Origin: Pristiophorus japonicus
Taxonomy: Eukaryota
Direction of reading: 5' to 3'
Assembly (NCBI RefSeq): GCF_044704955.1
Contig: NC_091993.1
Span: forward strand, 17,856,001 to 17,920,000
Length of the DNA stretch: 64,000 bases
Positions within the stretch are counted from its first letter, which is position 1, and every line of letters starts with the position of its first letter. Below are positions 37,394 to 48,987 of the stretch, one piece after another. The notes beneath the pieces were generated by a model. The model was not told the DNA's origin, made no database searches, and saw only the letters and a list, made by a program, of their open reading frames with translations. The position numbers and the translations under genes were made by a program.

Positions 37394-40300
37394 ATGAGGA
37401 AAAGTGGAGGGCAGAGAAACCCAAGGCAAAGAACAAAAAGGGCCACTGTACAGCAAAATTCTAAAAGGACAAAGGGTGTTAAAAGAACAAGCCTGAAGGC
37501 TTTGTGTCTTAATGCAAGGAGTATCCGCAATAAAGTGGATGAATTAATTGTGCAAATAGATGTTAACAGATATGATGTGATTGGGATTACGGAGACGTGG
37601 CTCCAGGATGATCAGGGCTGGGAACTCAACATCCAGGGATATTCAACATTCAGGAAAGATAGAATAAAAGGAAAAGGAGGTGGGGTAGCATTGCTGGTTA
37701 AGGAGCAAATTAAGGCAATAGTTCGGAAGGACATTAGCTTGGATGATGTGGAATCTATATGGGTAGAGCTGCAGAATACCAAAGGACAAAAAACGTTAGT
37801 GGGAGTTGTGTACAGACCTCCAAACAGTAGTAGTGATGTTGGGGAGGGCATCAAACATGAAATTAGGGGTGCGTGCAATAAAGGTGCAGCAGTTATAATG
37901 GGTAACTTTAATATGCACATAGATTGGGTTAACCAAACTGGAAGCAATACGGTAGAGGAGGATTTCCTGGAGTGCATAAGGGATGGTTTTTTAGACCAAT
38001 ATGTCGAGGAACCAACTAGGGGGGAGGCCATCTTAGACTGGGTGTTGTGTAATGAGAGAGGATTAATTAGCAATCTCGTTGTGCGAGGCCCCTTGGGGAA
38101 GAGTGACCATAATATGGTGGAATTCTGCATTAGGATGGAGAATGAAACAGTTAATTCAGAGACCATGGTCCAGAACTTAAAGAAGGGTAACTTTGAAGGT
38201 ATGAGGCGTGAATTGGCTAGGATAGATTGGCGAATGATACTGAAGGGGTTGACTGTGGATGGGCAATGGCAGACATTTAGAGACCGCATGGATGAACTGC
38301 AACAATTGTACATTCCTGTCTGGCGTAAAAATAAAAAAGGGAAGGTGGCTCAACCGTGGCTATCAAGGAAAATCAGGGATAGCATTAAAGCCAAGGAAGT
38401 GGCATACAAATTGGCCAGAAATAGCAGAGAACCCGGGGACTGGGAGAAATTTAGAACTCAGCAGAGGAGGACAAAGGGTTTGATTAGGGCAGGGAAAATG
38501 GAGTACGAGAAGAAGCTTGCAGGGAACATTAAGACGGATTGCAAAAGTTTCTATAGATATGTAAAGAGAAAAAGGTTAGTAAAGACAAACGTAGGTCCCC
38601 TGCAGTCAGAATCAGGGGAAGTCATAACGGGGAACAAAGAAATGGCGGACCAATTGAACAAGTACTTTGGTTCGGTATTCACTGAGGAGGACACAAACAA
38701 CCTTCCGGATATAAAAGGGGTCGGAGGGTCTAGTAAGGAGGAGGAACTGAGGGAAATCCTTATTAGTCGGGAAATTGTGTTGGGGAAATTGATGGGATTG
38801 AAGGCCGATAAATCCCCAGGGCCTGATGGACTGCATCCCAGAGTACTTAAGGAGATGGCCTTGGAAATAGTGGATGCATTGACAGTCATTTTCCAACATT
38901 CCATTGACTCTGGATCAGTTCCTATGGAGTGGAGGGTAGCCAATGTAACCCCACTTTTTAAAAAAGGAGGGAGAGAGAAAACAGGGAATTACAGACCGGT
39001 CAGCCTGACATCGGTAGTAGGTAAAATGATGGAATCAATTATTAAGGATGTCATCGCAGTGCATTTGGAAAGAGGTAATATGATAGGTCCAAGTCAGCAT
39101 GGATTTGTGAAAGGGAAATCATGCTTGACAAATCTTCTGGAATTTTTTGAGGATGTTTCCAGTAGAGTGGACAAGGGAGAACCAGTTGATGTGGTATATT
39201 TGGACTTTCAGAAGGCTTTCGACAAGGTCCTACACAAGAGATTAATGTGCAAAGTTAAAGCACATGGGATTGGGGGTAGTGTGCTGACATGGATTGAGAA
39301 CTGGTTGTCAGACAGGAAGCAAAGAGTAGGAGTAAATGGGGACTTTTCAGAATGGCAGGCAGTGACTAGTGGGGTACCGCAAGGTTCTGTGCTGGGGCCC
39401 CAGCTGTTTACACTGTACATTAATGATTTAGACGAGGGGATTAAATGTAGTATCTCCAAATTTGCGGATGACACTAAGTTGGGTGGCAGTGTGAGCTGCA
39501 AGGAGGATTCTATGAGGCTGCAGAGCGACTTGGATAGGTTAGGTGAGTGGGCAAATGCATGGCAGATGAAGTATAATGTGGATAAATGTGAGGTTATCCA
39601 CTTTGGTGGTAAAAACAGAGAGACAGACTATTATCTGAATGGTGACAGATTAGGAAAAGGGGAGGTGCAAAGAGACCTGGGTGTCATGGTACATCAGTCA
39701 TTGAAGGTTGGCATGCAGGTACAGCAGGCGGTTAAGAAAGCAAATGGCATGTTGGCCTTCATAGCGAGGGGATTTGAGTACAAGGGCAGGGAGGTGTTGC
39801 TACAATTGTACAGGGCCTTGGTGAGGCCACACCTGGAGTATTGTGTACAGTTTTGGTCTCCTAACCTGAGGAAGGACATTCTTGCTATTGAGGGAGTGCA
39901 GCAAAGGTTCACCAGACTGATTCCCGGGATGGCGGGACTGACCTATCAAGAAAGACTGGATCAACTGGGCTTGTATTCACTGGAGTTCAGAAGAATGAGA
40001 GGGGACCTCATAGAAACGTTTAAAATTCTGACGGGGTTAGACAGGTTAGATGCAGGAAGAATGTTCCCAATGTTGGGGAAGTCCAGAACCAGGGGACACA
40101 GTCTAAGGATAAGGGGGAAGCCATTTAGGACCGAGATGAGGAGGAATTTCTTCACCCAGAGAGTGGTGAACCTGTGGAATTCTCTACCACAGAAAGTTGT
40201 TGAGGCCAATTCACTAAATATATTCAAAAAGGAGTTAGATGAAGTCCTTACTACTAGGGGAATCAAGGGGTATGGTGAGAAAGCAGGAATGGGGTACTGA
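37394..40300 (+). CDS. CR1 ORF2p (APE endonuclease plus reverse transcriptase)
   Basis: ITETWL, VYRPP, GNFN (normally GDFN), SDH; YLDFQKAFD, GVPQGSVLGP, KFADD. 968 aa uninterrupted; frame open upstream to 37292. Confidence 0.96.
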   Translation: MRKSGGQRNPRQRTKRATVQQNSKRTKGVKRTSLKALCLNARSIRNKVDELIVQIDVNRYDVIGITETWLQDDQGWELNIQGYSTFRKDRIKGKGGGVALLVKEQIKAIVRKDISLDDVESIWVELQNTKGQKTLVGVVYRPPNSSSDVGEGIKHEIRGACNKGAAVIMGNFNMHIDWVNQTGSNTVEEDFLECIRDGFLDQYVEEPTRGEAILDWVLCNERGLISNLVVRGPLGKSDHNMVEFCIRMENETVNSETMVQNLKKGNFEGMRRELARIDWRMILKGLTVDGQWQTFRDRMDELQQLYIPVWRKNKKGKVAQPWLSRKIRDSIKAKEVAYKLARNSREPGDWEKFRTQQRRTKGLIRAGKMEYEKKLAGNIKTDCKSFYRYVKRKRLVKTNVGPLQSESGEVITGNKEMADQLNKYFGSVFTEEDTNNLPDIKGVGGSSKEEELREILISREIVLGKLMGLKADKSPGPDGLHPRVLKEMALEIVDALTVIFQHSIDSGSVPMEWRVANVTPLFKKGGREKTGNYRPVSLTSVVGKMMESIIKDVIAVHLERGNMIGPSQHGFVKGKSCLTNLLEFFEDVSSRVDKGEPVDVVYLDFQKAFDKVLHKRLMCKVKAHGIGGSVLTWIENWLSDRKQRVGVNGDFSEWQAVTSGVPQGSVLGPQLFTLYINDLDEGIKCSISKFADDTKLGGSVSCKEDSMRLQSDLDRLGEWANAWQMKYNVDKCEVIHFGGKNRETDYYLNGDRLGKGEVQRDLGVMVHQSLKVGMQVQQAVKKANGMLAFIARGFEYKGREVLLQLYRALVRPHLEYCVQFWSPNLRKDILAIEGVQQRFTRLIPGMAGLTYQERLDQLGLYSLEFRRMRGDLIETFKILTGLDRLDAGRMFPMLGKSRTRGHSLRIRGKPFRTEMRRNFFTQRVVNLWNSLPQKVVEANSLNIFKKELDEVLTTRGIKGYGEKAGMGY

Positions 40301-40866
40301 AGTTGCATGTTCAGCCATGAACTCATTGAATGGCGGTGCAGGCTAGAAGGGCCGAATGGCCTACTCCTGCACCTATTTTCTATGTTTCTATGTTTGAGGG
40401 ATGTGATTGTTTTAAAAAAAAAATGTAATCTTGCAGTCTTCCGTAAATAACTGTACTTACTCAAAAGTATTCCCAAAAAGCACAGTACTATACCTGTCAA
40501 ATACATATAATTAGTATTACACTGTTAAATTTAAAAGTTGTAATACATGGGGTTTCTATGTTTCATGATTGGCTAGTGAAAGGAGCGCCACCTCACGTGA
40601 TCCCAAGTACGTTTACGCGCTCCTGGGATCCGTGGGCCACTGCGCTTGGGGCTTCGCATCAGGTAAGTGCGGATTTCGTTCGGAGGTTGGCGGTGTACTC
40701 CTCAGCTACGCCGCCGATCGCAATTTCGGGGCCATGGTGTTTTGACTTTGTACACACAATGTGTACGTTCCTGAAGCAGCACACATACTCGAACCGTGGA
40801 GGTGACTGCAGTATTGTTTGTTCCGTCCTTTGGATGGAGTTGTGTAGCCGTGATGATGTAAGATAA

Positions 40867-41133
<267 letters not shown>

Positions 41134-41389
41134 TGATGTTTTAGCCAAGTTCCATTTTATATTCAAATATTCATATTGTTCAGTCAAATTAAATAAAAGT
41201 AGTGTACTTAGCACATCACAGTATGTACTGCTATCTTTGTCAGATATTTCAATTCATTAAATTAATAACGGTTCTTACAATTTAATGCCTTCAAAATGAT
41301 TCTCTCAGAACATGGAAGGACTTTGGTTGTTTCATCCTCTAATAGACATATTAAACTCATTGCATGTGCAGGCATATTGTGGTTGAAGA

Positions 41390-41568
41390 TGTTATGTATG
41401 TATATAAACCTCACCAGTATGTAAGACTTGCCACTAGGGTCACACCTGTGGGAGACCTAAGGGTCACCTGTGCACCCTGGGGCAAGCAGGTATAAAAGGT
41501 GATTCACCATGCTGCTTCTCCACTCGAGTCTGAATAGAGACCAAGGTCACAACAGTTTGAACATAACA
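41390..41568 (+). mobile_element. Short solo LTR
   Basis: TGTTATG...CATAACA termini, internal TATAAAAG and degenerate AATAGA, 5-bp flanks GAAGA/GAAGC. Confidence 0.7.
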
Positions 41569-42269
41569 GAAGCCCTTTGCCTTTTATGTTGGCAACTTTT
41601 CAATTGAGATTGTGGTGTGAGCAATACGAGCTGTTTCATAAACTGCAACTACAGAGCAAAGAAAATAAGGTATAAATTCATGAGATTAAACTAATTTAAA
41701 GGACATAGGCAATGCTCAGGCAGTTTTTCCTACCATTGTTTTATTTGATCAAGAACTTGAACTCTCAGCTCAATCTTGATAATTTGATATTAAAATTAAT
41801 CTCCATTTATTTGTTATTAAACTGTTGCAGTATTAATTCCTACTAAAAATATTTCTCTTGGAATGATCTGGATTCAAAAAAGAAAACCACATTCTCCCCT
41901 GAGAATAGTAGAAATGGGGAAGAATCATCATTGGTCCACTATTGTCAAAGCTCCCGTTCTAAGGCATGGGACTTGAATGCTGGTGCCGTGTTTCTGATTG
42001 TCCACGGTCGCTCTTTCATTGAATTGTTCTGTACTACAGCTGTGTCACATCTTGCAGGTTATGGATGCCATTTGCTAATTGAACGGTTAGCTCATCTGCC
42101 TTATGATGGCATTTCCTCCATCAAGGGTCCCAGATGTTCATTCCCCCAAAGCCATTGGCTGCCACGTTTCCTACATTACAACAATAACTATACTTCATTG
42201 GCTGTATCTTGATGCAGTTGGAGATAAATTGCACAGCCTTATTTTCTTTGGAATGTAACTTGAAATCAG

Positions 42270-42698
<429 letters not shown>

Positions 42699-42799
42699 TA
42701 GGCAAATGGGAAAATTTTGTTTTTTCAACAGTTTTCAGCATGCCCATGATAAAATAATTGGCTATGATTATTGATTGGTTTTTAGTTTTTGCCTGCAGA

Positions 42800-44306
42800 G
42801 GACAATAGAAATGTACTAAGTCGTGGACATTAATTAGAATGGAGAGATGTAATGTTATGACCTGGACAGAAACTTGGCTTCAACTGGGCAAGACTCGCAA
42901 CTAAATATTCCTGGCTATAAAATTTTCAGAAGCGATAGAAAAGTTAAACCTAGCAATTATGGGCAGTCAGTTTAACGTCCGTGATGGGAAAGCTTTTAGA
43001 AACAATAATCCAGGAAAAAATTAACAGCCACTTGGACAAGCGTGGACTAATAAAGGAGAGCCAGCACTGACTGGTTTGATAAGGGCAAATCGAGTTTGAC
43101 TAACTTGATTGAATTTTGAATGAGGTAACAGAAAGGGTGGATGAGGGCAGTGCAGTTGAATAACATTTGATAAAGTAGCACATATTGGGCTAGTTAGGAA
43201 AATTGAAGCCCATGGGCTAAAAGGGGCAGCAGCAGCATGGATACAAAATTGGCTAAGCGATAGAAATCAGATTGTGGTGAATGGCTGTGTTTCAGACTGG
43301 AGGGAGGTACACAGCAGAGTTCCCCAAGGTTCTTACTAGGACCGCTGATGTTTTTGATATACATTGAGTTGGACTTGAGGTTACAAGGCACAATTTTTGA
43401 AAATTGCAGATGACACAACAGTGAGGGGGATAGTAATAGACTTCAAGAGGACATAGACGGGCTGGTGGAAAGGGCGGACACATAGCAGATGAAATTCAAC
43501 GCAAAAAATTGTGAGGTGATGCATTTTGGTAGGCAGAATGAGAAGAGACAATACATGCTAACTGGTACAATTTGAAAAGCGGTGCAAGAAGAGAGAGACC
43601 TGGGGTGCTTGTGCACAAATCTTTGAAGGTGGCAGGACAGGTTAACAAAGAGTTAATAAAGCATATGGGATCCTGGGCTTTTTAAATAGAAGCATAGAGT
43701 ACAAAAGTCAGGAAGTTATGCTAACCTTATGTAAAACATTAGTTCAGCCCCAGCTGGAATATTGTGTCCAATTCTGGGCACCTCACTTTAGAAAGGACGT
43801 GAAGGCTTTGGAGAGGGTACAGAAGAGATTTACTAGTGATGGTACCAGTGATGAGGGATTACAGTTACGTGGATAGTTTGGAGAAGCAGGGGTTGTTCTC
43901 CTTGAAGCAGAGAAGGCTAAGAGAAGATTTGATAGAGGTGTTTAAATTCATGGTGTTCAAATAGAATAAATAAAGAAAAACTGTTTCTAATGGCTGGCGA
44001 GTCGATAACCAGAGGGCACAGATTTAAGGTGATTGGCAAAGGAACCAGAGGTGACATGAGGAAAAATGTTTTTACTCAATGAGTGGTTAGGATTTGGAAT
44101 GCACTGCTTGATCGGGTGGTGGATGCAGATTCAATAGTAGCCTTCAGAAGGGAATTAGATAAATACTTGAAGGAGAAAAAAAAATGCAGCGTTATGGGGA
44201 AAGAGCGGGGGAGTGGGTCTAACTGGATTGCTCTTCGAAAAAACCAGTGTAGATTCAATGGACCGAATGGCCTCCTTCTGTGCTGTACGATTCTGTGATT
44301 CTATGA
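42800..44306 (+). mobile_element. Decayed, internally deleted CR1
   Basis: Endonuclease remnant then RT-to-3'UTR similarity; (ATTCTRTG)n tail. Confidence 0.85.
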
Positions 44307-44409
44307 TTGCTGAGTGCTTTACGAACTGACGCATTTTTAAAATTCTGATTGAATTAATTTGCATAGTGTGTATATATTTTTAAATAATTATTTTCTTTTT
44401 TCCACATAG

Positions 44410-44586
<177 letters not shown>

Positions 44587-45089
44587 TGACTTGTTCTCTC
44601 TGCATCTTAGAAAAAGAAAGAAAGACTTGCATTTATATAGCGTCGTTCATGACCACCGGACGTCTCAAAGCGCTTTACAGCCAATGAAGTACTTTTGGAG
44701 TGTAGTCACAGGCAAACCTGATCTTGTCCTTGCATAATCACCACACGCGTACATATAAATCACTCATTTTAATTTGTAGAGAGAGGATGATGATGACGAC
44801 ATATTGGGACACTGTTAAACACCTGAAATGAATACAATCCTCAAGAGAGATTAGGAATCCATTTTAGGAAATGGAAGTTTTTGTAAAAATCATAGGGGGC
44901 ACTGATAGGATTATCAACTCTATCATTATTAAAGTGTTCACTATTGTAAACGGAGTTCTGTGTGTGAATTAAGAAATAATAGATATACCAAAATACTTTT
45001 TAATTTTGTTTTTGTCCATGTAAATAATTTGCATGCATTAGCAAGTTTCTTGCATTGCATTGACACTTTCTGTCTTTCTCTGTCTGCAG

Positions 45090-45389
45090 TACCTAGGGTT
45101 TGGCACCCCCTCAAATCTTGGCAAAGGGAGAAGGGCAGCAGCAGCAGCTGATTTAGCCAATACAAGCGGCGATAACAATACTGTCCAGGAACTGGAAGAG
45201 AAGGACAGATTACTTCGCCATGTCGAGGCCCGGGACCTGATCGAATTTGGAATGATCCCAGAATTTGTAGGACGTCTGCCTGTGATAGTTCCACTACATA
45301 GCCTAAACGAGGACACATTGGTGCGAATTCTCACAGAACCTCGAAACGCTGTAATCCCGCAGTACCAGGCTTTGTTTAGTATGGATAAG
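45090..45389 (+). CDS. CLPX: CLPX exon 11 (LGF ClpP-docking loop)
   Basis: [15 protein letters not shown]...[12 protein letters not shown]...[10 protein letters not shown]; 300 nt. Confidence 0.97.
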
Positions 45390-45785
45390 GTGTGAACCAC
45401 TACTCTGCTCATTCTCGGTTGTTTTTTTTTATTTATCAAGGAGGGTGGTTATTTTGAAGCAGTACTTTTCCACATAATATTAGTAGCTTTCCTTGCATCT
45501 AGATCTTTGCATTGGATGTGGAAAGTGGGAGGGAAGAAATGAAAAGGCCCTCAGCCCATCTAACTGTGATCTGTTCAGGTCTATAAATAACTTCCTTGGA
45601 TCATTTTTGCATTCCTCATTGGAATGCAGATTTTCTCAATTTCCTTTGCTATTTATATTGCTCAAAGTATGTGTACCATCTGGGAACCACTGTTCGCTGA
45701 AAATTAAGGAGATTAAATGGTTAACTTGTGTGGCTTTTCAAAAATATAAAATATTTCCCCCTCAAAATTCTCTTTATGCAATATA

Positions 45786-46497
45786 TCATCATCATAGGCG
45801 GTCCCTCGAACAAGGATAACTTGCTTCCACACCAAAAGGGATGAGTTTGTAGATGTTTCAAATGAAGGACCCGATATTCCAGTCCTGAACTCCAGGGCTT
45901 GACAGAGCTAGGCCTTTATCCAGTGGCAAGGGTTAACCAGGACGACTGGAGACCTGCTCTGCTGCACGGCCCTAGTGCGCACACATATCGCAGTGTTGGC
46001 TGGGCTCTTGGCTCTTCTGGGCCCTGTACCCTCATTTGCCGCTACTCCGCCATGATCTCTCGCCGCTCCTCCGCCACAAAACATTTGCTGCACCTGCGCC
46101 ACGATCTATCGCCGCACCTCCGTCACGATCACTCGCCGAATCTCAGCCACGATCCCTCACTGCTCCTCTGCCCCGATCATTTGCCGCATTTCTGCCTCGA
46201 TCTCTCGCCTCTTCTCCGCCTCGGTCATTCATCGCACCTCCGTCACAATCTCTTGCCGCTCATCCGCCCCGACCTTCCCGCTCCTCTGCTGTACCTGGAC
46301 TCCGTCGATGTTCCTGCCCACGTTCCAAACGGCGACCTGGGTTTTGATGACGTCACCCAGTCGCCCACCTTGAAGTCGTTACACACTTGGAGCAGCTCAC
46401 GCTGGAAGTTGTAGTGACATGCACCAGCTCGTTTATCCTCCTGTCCTCTCGCAGGTCGGAGTGGCCCACGATGTTGCAGGGGCCCACGCCCCAGCAA
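45786..46497 (-). mobile_element. Same (ATG)n-tailed retroposon family, with an internal 24-bp minisatellite (~46030-46290)
   Basis: Shares blocks with 315-570 and 53165-53335; unit ~CGCCACGATCTCTCGCCGCTCCTC, about 10 copies. Confidence 0.7.
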
Positions 46498-47003
46498 TAT
46501 ATCACTCCTCTGCTGGGAACCAGTTAATAAAGTTGCACAAAAATGACATTTCGATTTTAGCTATTGCTTGTCCATTTTGTTGAACCTTCAGGCCTTGTTA
46601 GGCAGCTTTCGCTGAGAATGGCAATTTGCTAAGTGAAATGCACATCCATCTTTCCAGTTAACATAATTACAATATGCTACAAGCTGCCCTCTGAGAACCA
46701 TGTTTTAAATGGAAAAAATGTAATTTATAAATCATTAGAAAATTTATTATTAAAATATACACAAAGAATGATACCCAAGGGCTATACTGGATGGACTGTG
46801 GGTAATATGAAATAATTGAAAGACTTGAACAGAATACAAATCTGTCTTTTCAAAAAATGGAAGTTTCCCGGAGGCTTTCATTTAGAGAATGTACAATTTG
46901 GATCGAACCATTTTTCTTGAAAATTATATCTGGAGGCAGTCATTTGTGAAGTGAATATTTGTTTTTGTTAGTGTTACTGATTAACTTTTAACAATTTGTT
47001 TAG

Positions 47004-47105
<102 letters not shown>

Positions 47106-47469
47106 TGAAAAAATTGCTTAAAAAGTATAGCTTATGTTTCTTGAAGTTTGTACGTGGCTATTGATTTCTTTTGACACCATCATTTAAAAGGGAGGGGAAG
47201 ATGTCAGAAAATGTCGTCTTCTGACTGGAAAGTTTGGATTCGAGTATCCACTCAGTCAAAAAAAATAATTTATTGGTTGCATATTTAAAATTCTTCACCG
47301 GCAGGTTACGGTGTAGAATTTGTAGAATTTCAGGTTATGCCTCTCTATCTCGCTTTCCTCCTTCAAGACGCTCCTTAAAACCTACCTCTTTGACCAAGCT
47401 TTTGGTCACCTGTGCTAATTTCTACTTGTGCGACTCTGTGTCAAATTGTTTTATCTCATAATACTCCTG

Positions 47470-47925
47470 TGTCAGCTGTGGCTCAGTGGGTAGCACTCTC
47501 GCTTCTGAGTCAGAAGGTTGTGGGTTCAAGTCCCACTCCAGGGACGTGAGCACAAATCTAGGCTGACAGTCCTAGTGCAGTGCTGAGGGAGCGCTGCACT
47601 GTCATAGGTGCCGTCTTTCAGATGAGACATTAAAACGAGGTCCCGTCTGCTCTCTCAGGTGGATGTAAAAGATCACATGGCACTATTTCAAAGAAGAGCA
47701 GGGAAGTTATTCCTGGTGTCCTGGCCAATATTTATCCCTCAATCAACATAACAAAAAAATGGATTATCTGGTCTGTTTGTGGGAGCTTGCTTGTGCACAA
47801 ATTGGCTGCTGCGTTTCCCATATTACAACAGTGACTACACTCCAAAAAGTACTTCATTGGCTGTGAAGTGCTTTAAGATATCCAGTGGTTGTGAAAGGCG
47901 CTATATAAATCCAAGTCTTTCTTAG
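47470..47925 (+). mobile_element. Full-length tRNA-derived DeuSINE (SacSINE1-like)
   Basis: A box TGGCTCAGTGG, B box GGTTCAAGTCC, Deu-like core (GATGAGACRTTAAA...AAAGATCMCATGGCACT...GGTGTCCTGGCCAA), tail GGCGCTATATAAAT. Confidence 0.85.
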
Positions 47926-48023
47926 GACGTTTCACTATGTTAAAGGCGTTATATAAATACAAGTTGTTGAATATAGTAAGCAGTGTGTGACAGGGTTTTA
48001 TTTATTTTCTAATATCTTAGCAG

Positions 48024-48187
48024 CAATGTTCTCATTAAGCTGCACGGCTGTGCAACACTCCAGGAGTCCTACGCAGCTGGTGAGCCGGCTTTTAAATTGA
48101 AAAAACGCACTTGCACATGCTTTTGAATGGGCCGTGCAGCCCATTAAAGGAACCACATGGCCCCAAAATAAATTATGGGGAGCATCA
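48024..48187. mobile_element. Degenerate relative of the 2208-2347 hAT MITE
   Basis: CAATGTTCTCATTAAGCTG start, GCACATGC core, AAAATAAATT...GAGCATCA end; decayed TSD. Confidence 0.5.
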
Positions 48188-48416
48188 CCTAACAATTTTG
48201 TGAAATTTCTAAGATGTTTTCCAGTCTCCTATTTGAAAAGAAGGGTTATTGAAGCACCTTACATCGGAGTAGCCCTTCGAATTAGAATTAAGTGAAATGG
48301 TCAGAAGTACCAAATTGCACAAAATCTAGTTTGGGGGTTTATATGGTTAGCTGATTTTTTGGGGCGGGGTTGGGTGTGGTGAAACTGCAACTCCTAAAAG
48401 AAAAATGTATTTTCAG

Positions 48417-48523
48417 GAAAAGTTGCTGTTGGAGCCAATGTTCGAAGTGCCCAATTCTGACATTGTAGCTGTAGAAGTGGACAAAGACATAGTGGATGGA
48501 AAGAAACCTCCTGGATACATACG
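48417..48523 (+). CDS. CLPX: CLPX exon 13
   Basis: [35 protein letters not shown](R); 107 nt. Confidence 0.96.
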
Positions 48524-48667
48524 GTAAATTCTCAATGGTCATTTAGCTCTGGATAAAGTGAAGATGTGACAGAAATTGGAATTCACTTCATGGGGTGCAA
48601 AATTTGAGTGATTGTGGACTTTTGTATCCCTAAAGTGCATCACTTGTAAGATGGGTAAAAGCTTCTA

Positions 48668-48987
48668 TAGGTTGAACCTCCCTTATCCAGGACACCCTTA
48701 TCTGGCACCATTCCCGACTGCTCCGACATGAACAAATTGAAGTTCTTCCTTGCCGACTCACGCAATCGCTGGCCAGACCCCGCAATCCACGGCCCCTCAC
48801 CCCCACACCCCCCTTGCCGGCCCAACGATCTCTCTGCCACACTCCCAACCCCAAGCCAGCCGGCCCCAATATCCTCTTGCTCAATACCTGTACCATCCAA
48901 TTTAACGTGACCTCCCCTCGTCCGGCAAAGTCCTTTATTCGGCACAGGCCAGATCCTGAGGATGCTGGATAAGAAAGGTTCAACCTG
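48668..48987. mobile_element. Tigger/pogo-like MITE
   Basis: TIR (C/T)AGGTTGAACCTYYCTTATCCAG (20/23) with TA on both flanks. Confidence 0.85.

Larger units (their letters stand above)
35731..40395 (+). mobile_element. Full-length, near-intact CR1-clade LINE in CLPX intron 7
   Basis: 5' monomer array, ORF1, ORF2, CR1-type 3'UTR ending in (TTTCTATG)n. No clear TSD. Confidence 0.95.
35385..40733. mobile_element. GGCC-TIR MITE-like element split by the CR1 insertion (arms 35385-35730 and 40396-40733)
   Basis: Left GGCCCTGAATTTGCGGTCGGC vs reverse complement of right end GGCCCCGAAATTGCGATCGGC (18/21). Confidence 0.65.

Noticed and set aside
37612-40506. Minus-strand ORFs over CR1 ORF2
   Set aside because: Antisense shadows of the coding sequence.
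45899-46414. 171-aa His/Leu-rich ORF as a host gene
   Set aside because: Produced by a 24-bp minisatellite inside a repeat, with a non-ATG start.
47470-47545. tRNA gene
   Set aside because: It is the tRNA-derived head of a SINE and continues straight into the Deu core.
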